64,000 bases of DNA. It comes from an uncultured Candidatus Binatia bacterium (lineage in GTDB: Bacteria; Desulfobacterota; Binatia; Bin18). A program made the position numbers and the translations under genes. The notes under the pieces were generated by a model, which worked only from the letters and a program-made list of their open reading frames with translations, did not search any database and was not told the origin of the DNA. This document shows, piece by piece, positions 18,901 through 28,286 of the stretch. Where the stretch lies: NCBI GenBank assembly GCA_965243735.1, contig CBDEVZ010000008.1, positions 3,867,180 to 3,931,179 on the forward strand, in the 5' to 3' direction. How positions within the stretch are numbered: the stretch's first letter is position 1; every line of letters starts with the position of its first letter.

Positions 18901-20869
18901 CTATGCTCGGATGATCTCGTCGAGCAACCCCTCGGTCTCCTGCTCCAGCGCCAGAATATCGGCCCGGATCTCATCCAGGCTGCGCAGGGGCTGCGGCGTG
19001 TAGAAGTAGCGGGTGAAGCTGATCTCGTAGCCAATCTTTGCGCTGTCGGGCTGGACCAGGCGTCGGCGGCGTAGGGCAGGACCTCGCGCCGCAGGAAGGC
19101 TTCGATGCCGCCGACCTCTTGCAATGGAATCTGCTCGGTGTCGCGCAGGTCAGTGTCGGGCTCGTACTCGACCACCGTCGGCCGGCCGTTGATGCTGGTC
19201 GCGAACAAGCCGTGCAACGGGTCGGCCTCGGTGCCCCGCTTGTGAATCTTCCTGATGACGGGCGGCGCGTCCTCGCTGCGTTCGCCGTTCTCCTTGAGCT
19301 TCTTGAGTTCGGCAGATTTGTAGGCGCGGTCGGGGTCGGCGCCCCGGATACGTAGCGGCCGTTCGACTGTGACCTTCCAGTAGCCGAAGGCGGCGTTGTC
19401 GAAAATTTTGCTCTGCTCGGTCTCCTCGAAGTCGAGAAAGGTGTCGCAGATGCGGGCGATGTCGTCCTCCGCCAACTCGCAGTTCTTCTTGCCCAGGTTC
19501 TTGCGCAGCGGTTGGTGCCAGTTGGTGGCGTCGATGAGCTGCACCTTGCCCCGGCGCTGGGTGGGCTTGCGGTTGCTCAGCACCCACACATAGGTGGCGA
19601 TGCCGGTGTTGTAGAACATATTGAGCGGCAGGGCGACGATGGCTTCCAGCCAGTCGTTTTCGATAATCCAGCGGCGGATGTTGCTCTCGCCCTGGCCGGC
19701 GTCGCCGGTGAACAGCGAGCTGCCGTTGTGGACCTCGGCGATGCGGCTGCCGAGCGGGGTGTGTTGCTTCATCTTGGACAGCTTGTTGACCAGGAACAGC
19801 AGCTGGCCGTCGCTGGAGCGGGTGACCAGGGAATACTCTGGGTCGCCGTCATGCTCGATCACAAAGCGCGGGTCGCGCATGTCGGTCTTGCCGCCCATGC
19901 GCTCCAGGTCGGTCTTCCAGCTCTTGCCGTAGGGCGGGTTGGACAGCATGAAGTCGAACTCGCGGGCCGGGAAAGCGTCGTTGGCCAGGGTCGAGTGCTC
20001 CGGGCCGCCAACGATGTTGTCGGCGGCTTCGCCCTCGCCCTTGAGTAGCAGGTCGGCCGTGCAGATGGCGTAGGTCTCGGCGTTGATCTCCTGACCGTAG
20101 AGGTGGGTGGACACGTCCTTGGCGTGCGCGGCGGCGAGCTGGCGTAGGGTGTCCTCGGCCACGGTCAGCATGCCGCCGGTGCCGCAGGCGCCGTCGTACA
20201 GCAGATAGGTGCCCGACTTGATCGCGTCGGCGATGGGCAGGAAGACGAGCTTGGCCATCAGCCTCACCGCGTCGCGTGGGGTCCAGTGTTCGCCGGCCTC
20301 CTCGTTGTTCTCCTCGTTGAAACGGCGCACCAGCTCTTCAAAGATCGAACCCATGCCGTGGTTATCGAGACCGGGGTGCTTGACCGAGCCGTCGGCGTTC
20401 CTGACCGGGGCCGGGCTCAGGTTGATGTCGGGCGAGGTCAGCTTCTCGATCAGCGTGCCCAGGGCGTCGGCTCTGGACAGCCGCGGAATCTGGTTGCGGA
20501 ACTCGAAGTTGTCGAGGATGTCCTGCACGTTGGGCGAGAAGCCGTCGAGATATGCCTCGAAGTCGGCCGTCAGCTGCTGACGGTTGGCGCGGGCCTTGAG
20601 GTCGCGCAGGGTGAACTTCGAGGTGTTGTAAAAGGCTTGGCCTGCGGCCTGGCGCAGGCCAAGCCTTGCTCAACGACGCTTGCGGCGTCGAGCGTGGCCT
20701 TCATGTCGAGGACAGCCCGCTTACTGTCTTCCAGCACCGCATCGAGCCGGCGCAGGACGGTCATGGGCAGGATCACGTCGCGGTACTTGCCGCGCACGTA
20801 CAGGTCGCGCAGCACGTCGTCGGCAATGCCCCAGATGTAGTTGGCAATCCAGTTCAGGTCGGTGCTCAT
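18901..20869 (-). pseudogene. hsdM: Type I RM N6-adenine DNA methyltransferase HsdM, disrupted by two single-base frameshifts
   Basis: Three collinear frames carry an HsdM N-domain (MSTDLNWIANYIWGIADDVLRDLYVRGKYRDVILPMTVLRRLDAVLE, 20570-20869), the catalytic core with NPPYG (track ORF 18867-20528), and the canonical C-terminus (...KIGYEISFTRYFYTPQPLRSLDEIRADILALEQETEGLLDEIIRA, to stop at 18901). The shifts lie near 20650-20680 (missing C in a ggccctg run) and near 19055-19060 (missing G in a tggg run). Confidence 0.75.
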
Positions 20870-21021
20870 CTTTGTGCTTCTCCCTGATCGGCGCTCGTGC
20901 CCATGCGCTCGTGCCAGATGACGATATTTTCCACGGTAATGCGATGTCCGGCGATGCGCGGCTTGCCGCCTGATATGCCAGGGGTAATCTCAATATGTTG
21001 ATGCAAAGTTTCCGTCGCCAT
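20866..21021 (-). CDS. DUF433-like small protein (51 aa), translationally coupled to hsdM
   Basis: MATETLHQHIEITPGISGGKPRIAGHRITVENIVIWHERMGTSADQGEAQR has the GGKPcIrGTRItV core of DUF433. AGAGGA RBS; its TGA overlaps the hsdM ATG. Below the 60-aa cut-off of the track. Confidence 0.5.
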   Translation of the reverse strand: MATETLHQHIEITPGISGGKPRIAGHRITVENIVIWHERMGTSADQGEAQR

Positions 21022-21138
21022 CTGAATTTCCTCTTTCTCTCATCTCTAACGTATGATGCACATTACCCGGCATCTCCTCTTCCCAGCCGTGCAGAAGCCG
21101 CTGGGCCGGAGAGAACCCACCCCGCCGCTCACGCGGCA

Positions 21139-21182
21139 CCCCTCCGAGGAGGGGATGGAGGTGGTTCCCCTCCTCGGAGGGG
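21139..21182. promoter_or_regulatory. Hairpin with 16-bp arms CCCCTCCGAGGAGGGG / CCCCTCCTCGGAGGGG in the leader of the DUF433-hsdM transcript
   Basis: Perfect inverted repeat with a 12-nt loop, between the hsdR-fragment repeat and the DUF433 start. Followed on the plus strand by gggtttcttttt. Confidence 0.35.
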
Positions 21183-21233
21183 TGGCCGAAGGCCGGGGTG
21201 GGTTTCTTTTTGCATCACACGTCTCTAGCTGTA

Positions 21234-21310
21234 GGCGGCTCGCACGGGTGGCCGGCCAGCGCGGTGCAGATCAGGCGTTCGAGGCCGCGTTCGCTGGCAT
21301 CGCTGGTCAC
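21234..21310 (-). pseudogene. Duplicated 5' fragment of hsdR (~77 bp; GTG-TSDASERGLERLICTALAGHPCEPP...)
   Basis: About 90% identical to hsdR nt 13743-13819. Its GTG overlaps the vapC stop (GTGA), as the real hsdR ATG overlaps the darG stop. Confidence 0.6.
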
Positions 21311-21741
21311 GGGGTTTCCGATTCTTCCAGAAACGGGTTTATGACTCGGAGGCTGTCGTAGTCCTGCTCCGAGCTGAGATCTTCCGAGTAGACGGCATCG
21401 CAGCCCAGGGCGCGCGCCGCCGCGAGAATCGCCCCGTCCCAGTAAGACAGCCGGAAGCGTTGGCTGATAGCAACGCCGACGCGAAACACCTCAAAGGTGA
21501 CGTCCTGCACCGGAAAGCGACCGATGCTCTCGATAAATTCCAGCGCATGGTCTTGGGTGATCGCTCCTGGACGGTTGGAGCGCGTTGCCTGGTGATAGAA
21601 CTCTTGCAGCACCTGCACCGACAGCGCCAAGTCCCCTGTGTTCAGCAGGCTGAGAGCACGAAGACGCTTGTCAGCGTCCTCGGACAGAGCGCTCACCGCG
21701 TATAGCAGCACGTTCGTATCGACAAAGCGCACGGCGCTCAC
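21307..21741 (-). CDS. vapC: Type II toxin VapC (PIN domain)
   Basis: GTG start overlapping the vapB stop (GTGA). VSAVRFVDTNVLLYAVS... with PIN acidic residues. 144 aa. Confidence 0.8.
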   Translation of the reverse strand: MSAVRFVDTNVLLYAVSALSEDADKRLRALSLLNTGDLALSVQVLQEFYHQATRSNRPGAITQDHALEFIESIGRFPVQDVTFEVFRVGVAISQRFRLSYWDGAILAAARALGCDAVYSEDLSSEQDYDSLRVINPFLEESETP

Positions 21742-22079
21742 CCGCGCTTGAGGTCTTCGTCTTCGGCGGCAGCCGCTGCCTGAGCCTCGGCCCTGGCTCT
21801 GGCCCGGTCGTACAGTTCCTCGCGGGACAGGTTGTCGGCCATGCGTAATCCGCCGCCGTTGGCCGTGATCTTCTTGATGACCTGGCACAACATCCTCCGG
21901 CGGCGTTCGGCTTCCGTCTCCACGTCCGGCTCGTTGGATGCCGTGCCGCCAGCGCGGTCCGCAACGAGGCTCTTCAGGTAGTTCCGCACCAGAGCCGACA
22001 CCGAAGTGTCCAACTCCGCCGCCCGAATACGAGCGAGCCGATGGGTTTCTTCGTCAACGGATACGGTGATGTTTTTCAT
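21738..22079 (-). CDS. vapB: VapB-like ribbon-helix-helix antitoxin (paralogue 2)
   Basis: MKNITVSVDEETHRLARIRAAELDTSVSALVRNYLKSL. GAGG RBS. Palindrome TGTGTAACACA at 22100-22110 is a likely operator. Confidence 0.65.
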   Translation of the reverse strand: MKNITVSVDEETHRLARIRAAELDTSVSALVRNYLKSLVADRAGGTASNEPDVETEAERRRRMLCQVIKKITANGGGLRMADNLSREELYDRARARAEAQAAAAAEDEDLKRG

Positions 22080-22257
22080 GAGCACAGCCTCACAATTTCT
22101 GTGTAACACAGCATAGGTTCTCATTGACCGCCGGGCAACACCTCAGGCGCTGCGTGGGGGTAGCCAGATCCGGTAGGAGCGATGCGATATCTCGTGTGGA
22201 GGGGTAGGACATTCCATCATCCTGAGGCATTGTTACTATGAGAACAGGGGTGCTGCC

Positions 22258-22740
22258 ATGACAGCAAGACAGATTCGCTTCCAGGACCTGCCGAGTCTCG
22301 TCGGCCAGGAGGTCGGCGTGTCGGACTGGTACCTCGTCACCCAGCAGGCCGTCGATGCCTATGCTGCGGCGACCAACGACCACCAGTGGTTTTGCGAAGA
22401 TGTGGAGCGCGCCGCAAAAGAATCACCCTTTGGCGGAACGGTGGCGCCGGGCTATTTCATCCTGGCCCTTGCCCCAGGACTGCTCAAAGAAATCTGGTAC
22501 CTTCGGGGGGCGCGGCTGGGCATGAACTACGGCATCAACCGCCTGCGCTTCCCGGCCCCGCTCCGCATCGGCAAACGGGTGCGCCTGCGGCTCAGCGTCT
22601 GCGGTGTCACACCCGTGGCGGATGGACAGGAAGTCAGCCTGCGCCTGTCGTTTGAAGTGGAGGGCGGCAAGAAGCCGGTGTGTGTTGCCGAGCCGGTGTA
22701 TCGCTATCTTGATCGTTATCTTGATCGCTATCTGGGCTGA
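22258..22740 (+). CDS. MaoC-family dehydratase (hot-dog fold)
   Basis: 160 aa; the hot-dog region ...GYFILALAPGLL... resembles R-specific enoyl-CoA hydratase-like proteins. Confidence 0.7.
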   Translation: MTARQIRFQDLPSLVGQEVGVSDWYLVTQQAVDAYAAATNDHQWFCEDVERAAKESPFGGTVAPGYFILALAPGLLKEIWYLRGARLGMNYGINRLRFPAPLRIGKRVRLRLSVCGVTPVADGQEVSLRLSFEVEGGKKPVCVAEPVYRYLDRYLDRYLG

Positions 22741-22818
22741 ACCGCTCGCTCGTCGCGCAGGACGCGCCGGGGCTGCGGAAAGCAGTCCTGCGTGCCGTGG
22801 AATGGGACCGACTTGGGA

Positions 22819-24726
22819 TCAGTCCTGCTTGCCGTTCTGCTCGGCCGCCCCGTTCTGGCCGCCGTCGCCCGCCTCAAAGGCCAGCAGGGCGTTGCCCGGC
22901 ATGCCGCCCCAGAAGCCGTAGCCGGAGAAGACGTACAGCATGCCGCCGGCAATGGTCGGGCCGGGTCCGTCGAGCGAGCCGCCCTTGGTGCTGACCTCGT
23001 TGACCGAGTAGTACTCCTGGGCCGTGTCATAGTCCCACACAATCGACCCGTCGTGGGTCGAGTAGGCTCGCAGGTGGCCGTCCACCGAGCCGGAGAACAC
23101 CACCCCGGGCAGGACCGAGATGGCCGCCGACTGGGCCGGGCTGCAGTTGACCTTGTCGCCGCAACCGGGCGGCGGGGTGAACCACAGTTTCTCGCCGGTC
23201 TCAATGCGGTAGGCCGAGATGCCGCCGCCCTGTGTGCTGTCAATTGAGGACGTGATCGAACCCTCGCCGGTCCGATTGATATTGACCTTGACGTCGGACA
23301 GGGCGACATAGATATTCGACTCGTCCGCAGCCGGCCCCCACTGGATACCGCCCAGAATGCCGCCCGCCCCGGCCCGCTGCTGCCACAGGATTTTGCCGTC
23401 CTGGTCAGGATCGACGGCGTGTACCACGCCCGACTTCTGGCCGGCCAGCAGGATACGCTTGCCGTCGGGCAGCTCGCGCAGAATGGCCGACGAGCCGAAG
23501 TCCAGGTCCGGTCCGCGTGCCTCCGGGCAGTTGGTGTCATCGCCCGACTCACAGGCGATATTGAACGCATCGCCCTTGGTGAACTGCTGGGTCCAGATAT
23601 TCTCTCCGGTCTCCATGTCAAAGGCCATGATCGCGTCGCTGGTGTCCGAGGCCGGGTCCGAGTAGTTATCGCCGGTGGTCACATACACCCGCTTGAGCTT
23701 GGGGTCGAGCGTCGGGCTGGCCCACACCCCAACCCCGGACGGTCCCCACAGCTGGACGCCAATCTTGTTCTTGCGGACTTTTTTGGGTTCATCGACCGTG
23801 TACGACTTCCACAGCAGCTCGCCGGTCGTGGCGTTGAGCGCGCTGATGCTGCCCCGGAAGGTGCAACACTCGTAGTCGGCTTCGCCGCCCGCCCCCTCTT
23901 CAAACGAGGCCATGCCCACGTACAGGCGGTTGTCGTGCAGGGCCGGGCTGGCGGTGATCCGACCGGTCGGATGCTGCTCGATCTGGGTTTTCCAGATCAG
24001 CTCGCCGGTCCGGGCATCGAGCGCATAGGCGTTTCGCTCCACATCGCCGAAATAGGCCGCGTAGCGCGGCGGGTCGCTGCCCTCCAGGAGGCCGACCGTC
24101 ACGGTTGAGCGCACCCCGGCCCCGGTCGCATGAGCCCAGTACAAACAGCCGGTCTCGGCGTTCAGGGAAAACACCACCCCCCGCATGCTGCCGATATAGA
24201 TCCGCCCGCCAAACACCGTCGGCTGAGAGGTCTGGTAGTTCTCGGGCAGGCCGAACGACCACTTGAGCTTGAGATTGGGAATGTCGGCTGCGGACAGGCC
24301 GGCCTTGTCCGCCGGCTGAAAGCGGGCGTTGCTGATACCGCCACCCCAGCCGTTCCAGTTGGCGGCCTGCTCGGACAGGTCGAGCTGGCCCGGCAACAGC
24401 GAACAGTAGGTCCACGCTGCGGCCTGGTCGTCGCGCGTCGCGCCAAACTCTTTTTCCGAGATATAGGCCGCGATGGCCAGCCGCTCGACCTTGGTCCGCA
24501 TCACCCCCTGGAAGACCATCCGGCCGACTTCGAGCGAACGCATGATGAACTCGGGCGGCAGTTTGCGCATGATCCCGAGTTTGGGCGCGCGGGCCACCGA
24601 GTCATGACACTTGGCGCAGTGCGCATTGTACAGCGCCTCGCCGTCGGGCCCGGCCACGCTGACAGCCCAGGCCGGTCCGCTCAGCAGCATCAGACACGCG
24701 GCAACCAGAATCCCTGTGCGGTACAT
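22819..24726 (-). CDS. PQQ-repeat beta-propeller quinoprotein with N-terminal c-type cytochrome domain, secreted
   Basis: Signal peptide, CAKCH haem-binding motif, then repeated AxDAxTGExxW PQQ propeller motifs. ATG at 24726 has a GAAGGAGGG RBS. Confidence 0.7.
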   Translation of the reverse strand: MYRTGILVAACLMLLSGPAWAVSVAGPDGEALYNAHCAKCHDSVARAPKLGIMRKLPPEFIMRSLEVGRMVFQGVMRTKVERLAIAAYISEKEFGATRDDQAAAWTYCSLLPGQLDLSEQAANWNGWGGGISNARFQPADKAGLSAADIPNLKLKWSFGLPENYQTSQPTVFGGRIYIGSMRGVVFSLNAETGCLYWAHATGAGVRSTVTVGLLEGSDPPRYAAYFGDVERNAYALDARTGELIWKTQIEQHPTGRITASPALHDNRLYVGMASFEEGAGGEADYECCTFRGSISALNATTGELLWKSYTVDEPKKVRKNKIGVQLWGPSGVGVWASPTLDPKLKRVYVTTGDNYSDPASDTSDAIMAFDMETGENIWTQQFTKGDAFNIACESGDDTNCPEARGPDLDFGSSAILRELPDGKRILLAGQKSGVVHAVDPDQDGKILWQQRAGAGGILGGIQWGPAADESNIYVALSDVKVNINRTGEGSITSSIDSTQGGGISAYRIETGEKLWFTPPPGCGDKVNCSPAQSAAISVLPGVVFSGSVDGHLRAYSTHDGSIVWDYDTAQEYYSVNEVSTKGGSLDGPGPTIAGGMLYVFSGYGFWGGMPGNALLAFEAGDGGQNGAAEQNGKQD

Positions 24727-24740
24727 GTATCCCTCCTTCA

Positions 24741-25007
24741 CTATTTCTCAATCACGATGCGCCAGCGGGCGCCCTGTTCAGGGTCGGCGTACTCGTCGAT
24801 ATCCACGATGGCGTAGCCCTCGGCCTCAGCCGCACGGGGAATATCGCGGCGTCCCTTGGGGTCGTCGATCAGCAGCTCCAATACGTCGCCCCGCTCCAGG
24901 TATTCGAGCCGCACCTTGGCCTTGGCCCAGTTCAAGGGACATTTGACGCCGTGCAGATTCATCTGTTCGGTCTTGTGCTCAGTCTTGTGCTCAGTCTTGG
25001 CGGGCAT
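24741..25007 (-). CDS. TusA-like sulfurtransferase family protein
   Basis: VKCPLNWAKAKVRLEYLERGDVLELLIDDP resembles the TusA/SirA CPxP fold. N-terminus uncertain: M at 25007 or 24962. The first 15 codons hold a 13-nt tandem repeat (24963-24992). Confidence 0.5.
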   Translation of the reverse strand: MPAKTEHKTEHKTEQMNLHGVKCPLNWAKAKVRLEYLERGDVLELLIDDPKGRRDIPRAAEAEGYAIVDIDEYADPEQGARWRIVIEK

Positions 25008-25120
25008 CGGCAGTGTACATAGCAGACCCGAACCGGCTTGTCAGCGCAAAGCGGCCGACGCTGACGCCGGGCGGCTTTTCGGCTATGCTGGGCCGACCTG
25101 CCCCAAACGCAGAACACTGA

Positions 25121-27139
25121 ATGGAGAGCGGAGCGGTGAGCGACGAAACACGACCTGCCAGATACACGCTGCGCCCGGAGTCCGACGACCGGGCCAGGCG
25201 CTTCCTGATCGACTACAAGGAAGAACTCAACCCCTCGCAGTACGAGGCGGCCGTCACCCATAAGGGGCCGCTGCTGGTCCTGGCCGGGGCGGGCAGCGGC
25301 AAGACCCGCACCCTGGTGTTTCGGGTGGCGCGCATGGTTGAGGAGGGGATCGACCCGGCGTCCATCCTGCTGCTGACCTTCACCCGGCGGGCGGCCGAAG
25401 AGATGCTGCAACGGGTCGAGGCGCTCCTGGGCAGCCGCTGCGACCGGGTCACCGGCGGCACCTTTCACTCCTTCGCCAACACCATCCTGCGCCGCTACGC
25501 CCAGCTGCTGGGCTTTGCCAACGCCTTCACCATTCTGGACCGCAGCGACTCCGAGGACGTGATCAATCTGATCCGCAGCCGCATGGGCCTGGACAAGAAG
25601 GAGCGCCGCTTTCCCCGCAAGCAGACCATTCTGGAAATCCTGAGTCTGGCGGCCAACAAGACCTGCGGCGTGGCTGCGGTGCTGGACGAACAGTTTCCGC
25701 ACCTGTTCGACGAGCTGGACGAGCTGGGTCAGATTGCGGACTATTACCGGGACTACAAGCGCGAGCGCAGCCTGCTCGACTACGACGATCTGCTCAGCTA
25801 TCTGCGCGAGCTGCTGCGCGGCCATCCCGAGCTGGCCGAGCGGCTGTCGCGCACCTTCCACTACATCATGGTCGATGAGTACCAGGACACCAACCGGCTC
25901 CAGGCCGATATCGTCCGGCTGCTGGCCCACTCCCACGACAACGTGATGGCGGTCGGCGACGACGCCCAGTCGATCTACAGTTTTCGGGGCGCAACGGTGC
26001 GCAACATCTTTGAGTTTCCCGACCTCTTTCCCGGCACCAAAGTCATCAAGCTGGAAGAGAATTACCGCAGCACCCAGCCGATCCTGGATCTGTCCAACGA
26101 AATCATCCTGCAGGCCAAGGAAAGCTATACCAAAAACCTGTTCACCCGCCGCGAGGCCGGCATCAGGCCGGTCCTGGTTGAGGCCGACAGCGAACGCTAC
26201 CAGTCGCGCTTTGTCGGTCAGAAAATCCTGGAGCTGCACGAATCCGGGGTGCCGCTGCCCGAGATCGCCGTCCTGTTCCGCTCCAGCTTCCACTCCTTCG
26301 ATCTGGAGATCGAGCTGGGCCGACGCAACCTCCAGTTCGTCAAACGCGGCGGCTTCAAATTCATTGAAACCACCCACATCAAGGACGTGCTGGCCCATCT
26401 GCGGATCATTGCCAACCCCCAGGATGCGGTCTCGTGGTACCGCGTCCTGCTGCTGCTCGACGGCGTCGGAGCCAAGAGCAGCGAGAAAATTCTGGCCCAC
26501 GTGCTCGACGCGCCCGACCCGTTCCAGGGCTTGGCCGGCTACCGGGGCCGCGGTGCGGTCAACACGGCCCTGAAGAGCCTGGCCGAAGCCCTGCAACAGG
26601 CCAGGGATGAGGGGCTGAAACCGGCCGAACAGCTCGAAGTCATCGTGCGCTACTATGGGCCGATCCTGAAACACCGCCACCGTGACGACTACCCCAAGCG
26701 CCAGAAGGACCTGGAGCACTTCACCATCATCACCGAGCGCTACCGCAGCCTGGACCGGATGCTGTCCGACATGGCGCTTGAGCCGCCAACCAGCAGCGTG
26801 GACAATGTCCTGGCCACCGACGGCGAGGACGAGGGGCTGCTGACCCTGTCAACCATTCACTCGGCCAAGGGCCTGGAGTGGAACTCGGTGTTCATCATCT
26901 GGGCGGTCGAGGGCCGCTTTCCGAGCCTGTACAACAAGGACGACGACGAACTCGAAGAAGAGCGGCGGCTGATGTATGTGGCGGCCACCCGGGCCAAAGA
27001 GAACCTGTTTATCACCTACCCGATCAACGTCTTTGATCGGGCCACCGGCATGCTGCTCAACCGCCCGTCGCGCTTTTTGGACGGCATTCCCCGGCGTATT
27101 CTGACCCCGGTCATGCTGATGGAAGACGACGACGAGTAA
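25121..27139 (+). CDS. ATP-dependent DNA helicase, UvrD/PcrA/Rep family
   Basis: 672 aa; SF1 motifs (AGAGSGKT Walker A, DEYQDT, QSIYSFRGA and others). Confidence 0.85.
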   Translation: MESGAVSDETRPARYTLRPESDDRARRFLIDYKEELNPSQYEAAVTHKGPLLVLAGAGSGKTRTLVFRVARMVEEGIDPASILLLTFTRRAAEEMLQRVEALLGSRCDRVTGGTFHSFANTILRRYAQLLGFANAFTILDRSDSEDVINLIRSRMGLDKKERRFPRKQTILEILSLAANKTCGVAAVLDEQFPHLFDELDELGQIADYYRDYKRERSLLDYDDLLSYLRELLRGHPELAERLSRTFHYIMVDEYQDTNRLQADIVRLLAHSHDNVMAVGDDAQSIYSFRGATVRNIFEFPDLFPGTKVIKLEENYRSTQPILDLSNEIILQAKESYTKNLFTRREAGIRPVLVEADSERYQSRFVGQKILELHESGVPLPEIAVLFRSSFHSFDLEIELGRRNLQFVKRGGFKFIETTHIKDVLAHLRIIANPQDAVSWYRVLLLLDGVGAKSSEKILAHVLDAPDPFQGLAGYRGRGAVNTALKSLAEALQQARDEGLKPAEQLEVIVRYYGPILKHRHRDDYPKRQKDLEHFTIITERYRSLDRMLSDMALEPPTSSVDNVLATDGEDEGLLTLSTIHSAKGLEWNSVFIIWAVEGRFPSLYNKDDDELEEERRLMYVAATRAKENLFITYPINVFDRATGMLLNRPSRFLDGIPRRILTPVMLMEDDDE

Positions 27140-27153
27140 AGCGGCCCCAGGGC

Positions 27154-28233
27154 TCAGGCGCGCTCGTGCGCCTCGGGCAAACGACAGCGCAGCAGCTTGG
27201 ACTCAAAAACCGCGCCCAGCAGCATCTCTCCGTTATGGACCGCAGCAATGCTGGCCGCCGAGAGTTCCTCCCCACTGCCGACATACACGTCTTCGAGGCC
27301 CGTTCCGTCGGACTCCAGCCGCACCACCCGGCTTGGCGAGAGCGCCTGGGGACTGCTGGCGTGGGCGAGCAGCTTGACCATATTGGGGTGGGTGGCAATC
27401 CAGATATGGCCCTGCTCGTCGATATCAATATTGTCGGGACCGCGCCCGACCTCCACGGCTTGGTCGAAGCTCAGGCTGCCGTCAGCAGACGTGCGGCGGT
27501 AGATACGCAGGCTGTCGGCGCGCGTCTCGGTAATCAGGACACGGTTGGTCCGGGCGTCAAACTGAATGCCGTTGGCAAAGGCCAGCTCGCTCAGCACGAC
27601 ACTGGCCACCTGGCCGTCAAAATACACCACATCCGAGTTGGCCAGACCGAAAAACCGCTCCAGGCGCATGCCCATCCCGTCCAGATAGCCCTGATCATTG
27701 GTCAGATAGAACTGGCGCGGGCCAACCGCCGCAATATCGTTCGGCGACCGAAAGAGCAGGTTGGCAATCGTATCCAGGTGGCGCAGGCCGTCCTCGGACA
27801 CGGCAAAGATTTCAACGCTGTGACCGGCTCGGGGCCGGCCCGGCACGGTATGGTTGACCACAAACAGCAGGACCTGATCGCGGTCGGTGCGAAACAGGCT
27901 GATGCCGTGGGGGTGAAACGGGCTGATCTGCTCGGTTCCGGCCAGCGCCTGGGGAACGCTGTCGGGCTTTGACAGGTCGAGCCGGTATATCCGGCCGGGC
28001 AGGTCGGCCCCGTGCCGGTGCGCCCATCTGTCGTCAGACGAGAGATAGGCCACTCCGGCCGGGCGGTCGATGGCGATATCTTCGGGTCCGGGCGGTCCGG
28101 GGACGACCGTACAGCTACCGGCAAAGTGGGGGACGAGCGGATCGAACACGCCCAGGGCGGACGACACGGCCAACACCATCAGGCTCAGGGAGACCCCGAG
28201 CATCACGCTTCCAAGCACAACCACCTCTCGCAT
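27154..28233 (-). CDS. Secreted SMP-30/gluconolactonase/arylesterase-like six-bladed beta-propeller protein
   Basis: Signal/TM N-terminus; strictosidine-synthase/paraoxonase-like repeats. Family call is tentative. Confidence 0.45.
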   Translation of the reverse strand: MREVVVLGSVMLGVSLSLMVLAVSSALGVFDPLVPHFAGSCTVVPGPPGPEDIAIDRPAGVAYLSSDDRWAHRHGADLPGRIYRLDLSKPDSVPQALAGTEQISPFHPHGISLFRTDRDQVLLFVVNHTVPGRPRAGHSVEIFAVSEDGLRHLDTIANLLFRSPNDIAAVGPRQFYLTNDQGYLDGMGMRLERFFGLANSDVVYFDGQVASVVLSELAFANGIQFDARTNRVLITETRADSLRIYRRTSADGSLSFDQAVEVGRGPDNIDIDEQGHIWIATHPNMVKLLAHASSPQALSPSRVVRLESDGTGLEDVYVGSGEELSAASIAAVHNGEMLLGAVFESKLLRCRLPEAHERA

Positions 28234-28286
28234 CCCACTCCTCCTTGGGCTCGCCCGCGCGCGCCCTGTCCGCGTCTACATCGAGT

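Noticed and set aside
24959-26719. 586-aa minus-strand ORF opposite the UvrD helicase
   Set aside because: Antisense artefact. UvrD motifs are unambiguous on the plus strand.
27139-27185. GC hairpin (aggcgcgctcgtgcgcct) downstream of uvrD considered as a terminator
   Set aside because: No U-tract. It lies inside the 3' end of the convergent minus-strand propeller gene.
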